From Mytilus californianus (taxonomy: Eukaryota), in NCBI RefSeq assembly GCF_021869535.1, contig NW_026262604.1, positions 32,178,001 through 32,242,000 of the forward strand: a stretch of DNA of 64,000 nt, given 5' to 3'. Shown piece by piece: positions 62,385 to 64,000 of this stretch. Made by a program: the position numbers and the translations under genes. Under the pieces are notes generated by a model, which saw only the letters and a list, made by a program, of their open reading frames with translations, was not told where the DNA came from and searched no databases. Each line of letters begins with the position of its first letter. Position 1 is the stretch's first letter.

Positions 62385-63020
62385 AATTAAACGAAGTAAG
62401 AATGGACTTGAATCAATCTTTTGTCTAATGGAAAATAAAGACTTTCTGTTTAGACCATTTAACACATTACAATGTAAGTATGGACTTGACTCAGCCACTT
62501 ATCTAATGGAAAATAAACATGAAAAAATCTCTTACTGTTACATTAAACTCTTTAAATTTCAACTATGGACTTGACTTGGCCACATATCTAATGGAAAAAA
62601 TAGACTCTTTCGTTTAGGGCATTAAACACATTAAGTATGGAAGACTCCCAAATTTATCTTATGAAAAATAAACGACTCTCTGTTGGACAATTACAAACAT
62701 TTATTATGGACTTGACTTGGCCACATATTTAATGGAAAAAACAGACTCATTCGTTTTGGACATTAAACACATTAAGTATGGACTTGACTCCCAAATTAAT
62801 CTTATGAAAAATAAAGACTCTTTTTGGACAATTAAAAACTTTAATTATGGAATTGACTTGGACACATATCTAATGGAAAACACAGACTCATTCGTTTTGG
62901 ACATAAAACACATTAAGTATGGACTTGACTCCCAAATTAATCTTATGAAAAATAAAGACTCTGTTGAACACTTAAAAACCTTAATTATGGAATTGACTTG
63001 GACACATATCTAATGGAAGA
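62385..63020 (+). repeat. Higher-order tandem repeat: 141-bp unit made of related 72-bp and 69-bp subunits
   Basis: gga(c/a)ttgacttgg at 62567, 62708, 62849 and 62989. Each subunit starts tatggacttgact and contains atg(g/a)aaaa..agactc. Confidence 0.9.
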
Positions 63021-64000
63021 AAAGCTCTATGCTACTGCCTATTTAGTTTGATTATGTAGGAAAATAGATGAAAAAATAACAATTTTGCTTCCATTCAGAC
63101 AAAATGCATTGGTTCTTAGAACATATTTAAACTAATATAATTGAGAAATAATTCATGGAAGCCATAGAATTATTCTAATATGACGTGCTTCTTTCGCTTT
63201 GTAAACAACACTGTGGTAAAATTCTTGATATATCTATACTTAGCGCAGACTCTGTGGTGTACATAATAATGGCTGTTCAGTTACAATATATTTCCCACGT
63301 AAATCCACATGTATTGAAACCTATTTGCAAACCCTTTGCCGATTTCATTGTTTTAAAAATTGCAATTAAAAAAAGACAAAATCACTTTTATTCTTTTTCG
63401 GATGCATAATAAAAAGAAGTAATGCACAAGACCTCGGAAAAACCAACAAATCAAAATTAAAATAAAATTCCGCGAAAGTCTATTAATGTTTTTGGCTCAT
63501 TTAAGTCATTTCAAAACATGACGTCATACAAATAAAAACGCTAGAGTCGAAAGTTTTCTGTTACCTAAACCATTGAAATGTTGTTTACTTTTGTATTAAG
63601 ATTGATTATCAAGGTAGGTTTTGTTTGATTTTCTATTCTATTGCATTATTCTCATATTTACTTATTTCAGCAAGTCAATATGGCGGCTCCTTAGTTACGA
63701 AATGTCAACTTTGGATTTGACGGTAACTCACGAGAAAAATATGTAAATCAAAATGACAATTGTGGATTTTAAGAATGAAACAGATTTTTATTTTAGCGGT
63801 TGTTCACGAAATAATCCATGCAAGCAAAGGATTTATTAGAATGTTTGAGCTTTATCTAACCAGGAGTAAAAAAGAACAGCCACAAACACAGCTTTACCCA
63901 ACTTCGCTTCAGTTTTTTTAATGATAGTATTTGTCCTATTAGAATCGAAATAATTCATGGAAGCCATAGATTGTTGGAAATTTACACATGGCCTAGCTAA

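Noticed and set aside
63677-63687. AATATGGCGGC YY1-like promoter or start codon
   Set aside because: The ORF is MAAP* only, and the motif lies between direct repeats (gaaataattcatggaagccataga at ~63145 and ~63947) that look transposon-derived.
1-64000. rRNA, tRNA and most remaining 60-120 aa ORFs
   Set aside because: No cloverleaf or rRNA motifs were seen. The short ORFs are low-complexity F/I/L/K-rich reads typical of AT-rich non-coding DNA.

Overview
AT-rich eukaryotic genomic DNA. The repeat families, introns and ribozyme repeats point to a bivalve, most likely a Mytilus-type mussel (inference; no database search was possible). One multi-exon gene is well supported on the + strand (about 29940-44484, 11 phase-compatible coding exons, 825 aa as modelled). 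It encodes a predicted secreted protein: signal peptide, PAN, PAN, CUB, about 11 EGF-like modules and a short tail. The last three or four exons are less certain. The rest of the window is mostly mobile DNA: a Harbinger transposase fossil inside a 7.6-kb nested inverted-repeat structure, a Penelope-like RT fossil next to a hammerhead-ribozyme (retrozyme) tandem array, a second retrozyme family, two TSD-bounded Deu-core SINE copies without a tRNA head, many Helentron-type (HINE) elements carrying 147-175 bp tandem monomers, and nested MITEs, some with 5-bp TSDs. A possible second spliced transcript (45.1-59.3 kb) is weakly supported. No rRNA, tRNA or CRISPR array was found. Most ORFs in the supplied track are spurious or are translations of repeats.
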